A DNA stretch of 10,297 bases from an uncultured Methanocella sp. (GTDB lineage: Archaea > Halobacteriota > Methanocellia > Methanocellales > Methanocellaceae): positions 1 through 10,297 of the forward strand of contig CAZJRS010000003.1 of NCBI GenBank assembly GCA_964548585.1, read 5' to 3'. Shown here one piece after another: positions 6,764 to 10,297 of this stretch. Position 1 is the first letter of the stretch. Each line of letters begins with the position of its first letter. The position numbers and the translations under genes were made by a program. The notes below the pieces were generated by a model. That model was not told where the DNA came from, ran no database searches, and was given only the letters and a program-made list of their open reading frames with translations.

Positions 6764-8524
6764 ATGTTAGGATTCAGGTTAGTTCAGGACGACGAAGTAG
6801 GCATAGTAACCAAGAACATGTTCGGTAAAAAGATGCCGCCGGGTCAGATCATCGCCACCAGCGGGGAGATCGGGGTGCAGGCAGAGATCCTGATGCCGGG
6901 ACTGTACTGGAAGATGCCCGTTGTCTATAAGATCGAAAAGTCGAACGTGACACGCATTCCCCAGGGTAATATCGGTGTGCTCGAATCGATCGACGGCCAG
7001 CCTGTAGCGCCGGGAAGGCTGCTTGGGGACGCTGTGGAATGCAACTCTTTCCAGGACGCCCGGGCGTTTTTGGAGAACGGCGGGTGCAAAGGTCCGCAGA
7101 TCGCCACCCTGCGTCCCGGTACATACCGGATCAACGATAAGGTTTTCAAGGTCACGGTCGCGCCGGCGATCGATATTCCCACCGAACAGGTCGGAGTGGT
7201 GACGGCGCAAGACGGTATCTCGCTGCCCTCGGGCTTCATCGTGGCACCTGCCCCGGTTGAAGATTGCCAGCACTTCCAGGATGGCCAGGCTTTCATCAAC
7301 AGCAACGGGTTCAGAGGCCCTCAGCTCGAGACTTTACAGCCCGGTGAATACTACATTAACCCGCTACTCTTCAACGTCACCAGCTACGATGTGGCCACAG
7401 TGCCACCCGGATACGTCGCGGTGATCATCTCGAGCGTCGGGGAGGAGCTGGACCGATCGGCTGCTACTGCTCCAGAGATCAGCACTCATCCGACTCTCTA
7501 TCAGCCGCCAGTCGAAGCCGGGGAAACCGTGCTCATCACGAACAAGACCCAGAGGGGTATTCTGAAGGACCCGGTGGCCCCGGGCAAATACAACATGAAC
7601 ATGATCGGCTACCGTGCAGAGCTGGTGCCGACGAGTGCGGTTACCATCGACTGGGCATCGAATGACGGTATCAGGGAAACCGAAATAGGCAGGGGCAAGG
7701 AAAAACAACGTGAAAGCCCGGGCGTCGCCGAGTTCTTCCGCTTCGGCCAGCTCCGGGTCACGTCTAAAGACGGGTTCCAGCTGGAAGTGGACGTACGGCT
7801 GATCATCCGCATACCGCCGGCAAACGCACCATCCGTCATCGCGAGGTTCGGCACGGTACACAACCTCATCGAGCAGGTCGCTCACCCGCTAATCGACTCT
7901 TCCTTCCGTAACGAAGCAGGCAAAAAAGCAGCGATGGAGTTCGTGCACAGCCGTACGGAACTGCAGAAACAGGCGCTAGAGACAGCCAGGGAGGAGTTCG
8001 CGAAGTACCACGTGGAAGTCCAGGGCCTGCTCATCGCCTACATCAAAGTAGACGAAAAGCTGCTCGAAACTCAGACCAAGAAGGAGATCGCCGTCCAGCA
8101 GCAACAGCAGTACAAGCAGGAAGCGCTGGCTCAGGAAGAACGGATCGCCGTGGCCGAGAAGACCGCCCGGGCGGATAAGCAGTCCGATGTGATCGCAGCC
8201 CGGCTCTCCATCGAGATCGCCGCCGATAGCGCCGAAGCTATGAGAAAGCAGGCGGAAGGTATCCGGGACGCGACCAAGAACAAGGCCGAAGGTCTCGCCT
8301 ACGAAGCGCAGCGCATCGGAGAAGGTACCGCCGCCGCCTATGAAGCCCAGACCAGGGTGCTCGGCACTGACAGCATCGTGGCCATAAAACTCATAGAGGA
8401 AATTGCCCGGGGCAACATCAAGATCACTCCCGACGTGCAGGTAACGGGTGACGGAGAAAAATCGAACATCTTCAACGCGTATCTCGCGACTCTGTTCACG
8501 GATAAGATTAAAAAGAGCAGTTAA
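6764..8524 (+). CDS. SPFH/band-7 (flotillin-type) protein with EA-rich C-terminal coiled coil and an unusual N-terminal array of four ~75-aa beta-repeats; no N-terminal membrane anchor
   Basis: 586 aa. SPFH core: LRVTSKDGFQLEVDVRLIIRIPP ... FVHSRTELQKQALETAREEFAKYHVEVQGLLIAYIKV. Flotillin-like Ala/Glu/Gln-rich coiled coil: AVQQQQQYKQEALAQEERIAVAEKTARADKQ...AEGLAYEAQRIGEGTAAAYEAQ. Typical C-terminus: DSIVAIKLIEEIARGNIKITPD. The N-terminal 320 aa hold four repeats sharing the motif L-x-PG-x-Y-x-(I/M)-N...F-x-V-T...IP....G: LMPGLYWKMPVVYKIE / LRPGTYRINDKVFKVT / LQPGEYYINPLLFNVT / VAPGKYNMNMIGYRAE. A TGA stop 15 nt upstream in frame means the ORF cannot be extended to add a TM segment. Confidence 0.85.
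   Translation: MLGFRLVQDDEVGIVTKNMFGKKMPPGQIIATSGEIGVQAEILMPGLYWKMPVVYKIEKSNVTRIPQGNIGVLESIDGQPVAPGRLLGDAVECNSFQDARAFLENGGCKGPQIATLRPGTYRINDKVFKVTVAPAIDIPTEQVGVVTAQDGISLPSGFIVAPAPVEDCQHFQDGQAFINSNGFRGPQLETLQPGEYYINPLLFNVTSYDVATVPPGYVAVIISSVGEELDRSAATAPEISTHPTLYQPPVEAGETVLITNKTQRGILKDPVAPGKYNMNMIGYRAELVPTSAVTIDWASNDGIRETEIGRGKEKQRESPGVAEFFRFGQLRVTSKDGFQLEVDVRLIIRIPPANAPSVIARFGTVHNLIEQVAHPLIDSSFRNEAGKKAAMEFVHSRTELQKQALETAREEFAKYHVEVQGLLIAYIKVDEKLLETQTKKEIAVQQQQQYKQEALAQEERIAVAEKTARADKQSDVIAARLSIEIAADSAEAMRKQAEGIRDATKNKAEGLAYEAQRIGEGTAAAYEAQTRVLGTDSIVAIKLIEEIARGNIKITPDVQVTGDGEKSNIFNAYLATLFTDKIKKSS
7040..7483 (+). repeat. Intragenic tandem duplication encoding two clearest beta-repeats (R1 7040-7264, R2 7265-7483) of the SPFH protein; weaker copies R0 (~6821-7039) and R3 (~7484-7693)
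   Basis: Protein-level alignment: CNSFQDARAFLENGGCKGPQIATLRPGTYRINDKVFKVTVAPAIDIPTEQVGVV against CQHFQDGQAFINSNGFRGPQLETLQPGEYYINPLLFNVTSYDVATVPPGYVAV. The nucleotide copies are strongly diverged, so this is an ancient duplication rather than a recent repeat. Confidence 0.7.
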
Positions 8525-8550
8525 ACTGCTCTGTTTTTTATTTTTTTCTC
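8515..8550. terminator. Bidirectional terminator: hairpin GAGCAG-ttaaa-CTGCTC (loop contains the SPFH gene stop TAA) followed by TGTTTTTTATTTTTTT
   Basis: Perfect 6-bp inverted repeat at 8515-8520 / 8526-8531 between convergent genes. A T6/T7 run follows on the + strand (8533-8548). On the minus strand a T5 run (complement of 8509-8513) follows the same hairpin. Confidence 0.55.
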
Positions 8551-8602
8551 AACTATCATCGCATGTCAGTCGAGAAGTATATCCTTGGGCACCGGGTCGC
8601 TC

Positions 8603-9046
8603 TTATTTTTCTTCCTTCTTCGTGACCACTTTGCCTTTGGTCTTTTTAGCCGGCTTTTTACCATAGTACTCGACCAGGCCGGTAGCTTCTAACGATCCGA
8701 AGGCCACGTCCGGCCGGATGACTGCGCTTCCGGTGCACCTGACTTTCCCCAGAACGCGGCTGTGGTCCAGTGCCAGCAGGTCGCCTTTTACCGTGAGGTC
8801 TCCCCGGATGACCGTCCACGGTCCCAGGATTACGTTGTTCGCTTTGACATCGCCCATAGCCTGCGCGCCCTTGCCGAAGACGAGATCGCCGTCGATAGCG
8901 ACACGTTCCATAAACCGCGAGTTCATGCCGGCAATCAGGTTAGCCCTGTAGTTGACCGCCCTGATATAATTGGAATTTTTCTTGATTATGAGAGTGTTTG
9001 ACTCTTCATGCCCCTTGATCGACGGTCCTTCCATCCCTTCGCCCAT
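8603..9046 (-). CDS. Bactofilin-like (DUF583 beta-helical polymer-forming) protein with Lys-rich C-terminal tail
   Basis: 147 aa. The central region shows the bactofilin-type repeating hydrophobic/Gly pattern: VAIDGDLVFGKGAQAMGDVKANNVILGPWTVIRGDLTVKGDLLALDHSRVLGKVRCTGSAVIRPDVAFGSLEATGLVEY. C-terminal basic tail: YGKKPAKKTKGKVVTKKEEK. ATG at 9044-9046. A TATA-like TTTTTATATGA element (complement of about 9068-9078) sits about 25 bp upstream on the coding strand. Confidence 0.65.
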   Translation of the reverse strand: MGEGMEGPSIKGHEESNTLIIKKNSNYIRAVNYRANLIAGMNSRFMERVAIDGDLVFGKGAQAMGDVKANNVILGPWTVIRGDLTVKGDLLALDHSRVLGKVRCTGSAVIRPDVAFGSLEATGLVEYYGKKPAKKTKGKVVTKKEEK

Positions 9047-9063
9047 ATTCCTTTACTTTTCTA

Positions 9064-9080
9064 TCGTATCATATAAAAAG
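9064..9080 (-). promoter_or_regulatory. TATA-box-like element for bactofilin-like gene (minus strand reads CTTTTTATATGATACG)
   Basis: AT-rich element 20-35 bp upstream of the ATG at 9046, which implies a very short leader. Confidence 0.4.
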
Positions 9081-9205
9081 TTTATTTAATAACCTCTTGT
9101 ATAGGTCCGTCAAACGATACTATATTTTCACAATTATTGTAAACTAATGGCTGCACTACTTACCAACCCTTTACTCACCGGGCCCTTGACCCATGGAAAA
9201 AACGC

Positions 9206-9427
9206 CTACCAGCGCCGGCCATAGCCCAGGATTAGCCCAATTACCTCCGGGTTCGGCCTGTGCTCTACACCGGATTGATCTCGCATCAGGCGGCGACAAT
9301 TTTCCAGCGGGCACTTCCGCGGATCAGAATAAGACATCCAGAGATAGCGGTAGACATCCGGGCTACAGGTCGCCAGCACCTGTGTGACGTGTCCCCTGAA
9401 CAAGTCGTCCGAGTTCACCTTACCCAC
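9206..9427 (-). CDS. Possible small protein (73 aa, GTG start; or 43 aa from internal ATG at 9335-9337), no recognisable family
   Basis: GC3 is about 72% over the first 46 codons by my count. The overlapping + ORF gives about 59%, and the surrounding intergenic DNA is AT-rich. This marks a discrete GC-rich island (about 9185-9440) in an otherwise AT-rich 730-bp gap. A TATA-like ACTATATATCG element (9464-9474) lies about 40 bp upstream on the coding strand. The protein contains KCPLENC. No homology recognised. Confidence 0.3.
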   Translation of the reverse strand: MGKVNSDDLFRGHVTQVLATCSPDVYRYLWMSYSDPRKCPLENCRRLMRDQSGVEHRPNPEVIGLILGYGRRW

Positions 9428-9740
9428 CCCTCTGCATTCGCATTTGCAAGAGTATTTTTTTCAGATACTATATATCGATTGTCGTCCTTCTGGGGGAAAA
9501 GATATAGGGTGGTACCGTCGCTTGTCTTGCCTTAGATATATGTTTTAAGGTTGAGCGGAACCGAGGATCGCGGAAGCCCAACTACAGCTTCTAAGGTCAG
9601 CCTGCACAGAAAGCGCATGGGAATAGAACCTTCAAATAACAAATATTTGTATCTCCAATAGCTTGTGGATCGGTAAGGGGCTAAGTACTCAATCATGATA
9701 ACGAGGCATTCCTGGCGAAGCACTTTCAAATTATACGGAA

Positions 9741-9750
9741 TTTATATAAA
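9741..9750 (+). promoter_or_regulatory. TATA box (TTTATATAAA) for peroxiredoxin gene
   Basis: Canonical archaeal TATA 33-42 bp upstream of the ATG at 9783. It is preceded by an A-rich BRE-like stretch and followed by an A-run. Confidence 0.5.
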
Positions 9751-9782
9751 TAAAAAAAGATAAAATATACCCGTGGTTCTTC

Positions 9783-10297
9783 ATGCTTAAAATTAATGAT
9801 CGTATTCCCGACTTAGAAGTAGATGCCTACGTAGCGAACGAGATCAAAAAGATCAAGTTCTCCGAGTACCGGGGCAAATGGATGGTCTTCATCTTCTATC
9901 CCGCGGACTTCACCTTTGTCTGTCCTACCGAACTCGAAGAGATGGCCGTACTGTACGACCAGTTCAAGAGCAACGACGCAGAAGTCTTCAGCGTGAGCCG
10001 TGATACCGCCTTTGTTCACAAGGCCTGGCATGACAACTCCCCCGCGATCAAGAAGATCCTGTACCCCATGTTAGCAGACCCTGCCGGCCGGCTATGTAAA
10101 GCGTTCGGCACCTACATCGAAGAGGAAGGCGTATCCCTCCGGGCCAGCTTCATCGTCGATCCTGACGGATATCTGAAAGCGCTGGAGATGCACGACAACA
10201 GCTTCGGCCGAAGCGCGAAAGAGCTTTTGAGGAAGCTAGAGGCGGCCCGGTTTGTCCGGGAGCACAAAGGGAACGTTTGTCCTGCGAGCTGGGAGCC
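9783..10297 (+). CDS. 2-Cys peroxiredoxin (AhpC/TSA/Prx family), 5' partial - continues beyond window end
   Basis: Not in the supplied ORF track because it has no stop within the window. My translation from the ATG at 9783: MLKINDRIPDLEVDAYVANEIKKIKFSEYRGKWMVFIFYPADFTFVCPTELEEMAVLYDQFK...SFIVDPDGYLKA...HKGNVCPASWEP. Peroxidatic Cys motif FTFVCPTE and resolving Cys motif VCPASW are both present. Confidence 0.9.
   Translation, partial: MLKINDRIPDLEVDAYVANEIKKIKFSEYRGKWMVFIFYPADFTFVCPTELEEMAVLYDQFKSNDAEVFSVSRDTAFVHKAWHDNSPAIKKILYPMLADPAGRLCKAFGTYIEEEGVSLRASFIVDPDGYLKALEMHDNSFGRSAKELLRKLEAARFVREHKGNVCPASWE

Noticed and set aside
6779-7885. Minus-strand ORFs 6779..7273, 6849..7124, 6925..7305, 7364..7885, 7609..7869 antisense to the SPFH gene
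   Set aside because: Antisense shadows. The + frame carries the SPFH, repeat and coiled-coil signatures throughout.
8448-9001. ORFs 8448..8666(+), 8718..8951(+), 8762..9001(+) overlapping the SPFH 3' end, terminator and bactofilin-like gene
   Set aside because: Off-frame or antisense. 8448..8666 reads through the bidirectional terminator and T-runs.
9180-9300. Possible tRNA-like sequence (GGGTTCGGCC resembles a T-arm)
   Set aside because: No acceptor-stem pairing, D-arm (AGCTCAGTTGG-type) or anticodon-arm architecture could be built around it.
9193-9535. Plus-strand ORFs 9193..9387 and 9260..9535 in the GC-rich island
   Set aside because: By my count GC3 is about 59% here against about 72% for the overlapping minus-strand 9206..9427 frame. 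The 91-aa frame runs into AT-rich promoter-like sequence, so the minus ORF is the better (still weak) model.
9532-9729. 65-aa minus-strand ORF in the AT-rich spacer
   Set aside because: Low-GC, low-complexity translation (MKVLRQECLVIMIEYLAPYRSTSYWRYKYLL...) with no coding-like composition. It is probably intergenic and is retained only as a possible ncRNA region in the findings.
9813-10031. 72-aa minus-strand ORF
   Set aside because: Antisense to the clearly recognisable peroxiredoxin gene (FTFVCPTE / VCPASW motifs) on the + strand.
1-10297. Defence island, mobile element or CRISPR content
   Set aside because: No direct-repeat arrays, no integrase/transposase/Cas-like ORFs, no terminal inverted repeats, and no abrupt compositional shift beyond normal AT-rich promoters. 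The window looks like core chromosome.

Overview
This 10.3-kb window looks like an ordinary chromosomal segment from a methanogen-like euryarchaeon. The evidence for that: about 57% GC with high GC3 in the real genes, AT-rich intergenic spacers carrying TATA-box-like elements, oligo-T terminators, GTG starts, a HypF gene, an archaemetzincin-like gene and a surface protein dense in N-glycosylation sequons. I support ten coding regions. In window order they are: (1) a secreted or membrane-anchored transglutaminase-like glycoprotein (+ strand); (2) a J-domain (HPD) protein fused to a 4-TM membrane domain (-); (3) a divergent archaemetzincin-like Zn-peptidase homologue with a HEIYE motif instead of HExxH plus a Cys cluster (+); (4-5) a translationally coupled pair of winged-helix regulators with a 4-nt ATGA overlap (-), divergent from (6); (6) the [NiFe]-hydrogenase maturation carbamoyltransferase HypF (+); (7) an atypical SPFH/flotillin-type protein whose SPFH core and EA-rich coiled coil are preceded by four roughly 75-aa tandem beta-repeats and no membrane anchor (+); (8) a convergent bactofilin-like protein (-); (9) a possible 73-aa small protein (-); (10) the 5' part of a 2-Cys peroxiredoxin that runs off the window end (+). 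I see no tRNA, rRNA, CRISPR array, IS element or integrase. The most unusual content is the SPFH gene with its N-terminal repeats and the adjacent bactofilin gene. Next most interesting is the variant-motif archaemetzincin-like gene. After that come the overlapping two-regulator operon facing hypF, and the repeated CGACTG/inverted-repeat motif upstream of the SPFH gene. Nothing here shows the hallmarks of a canonical defence island. All functional calls rest on motifs I recognised by eye in the provided translations; I could run no database search.
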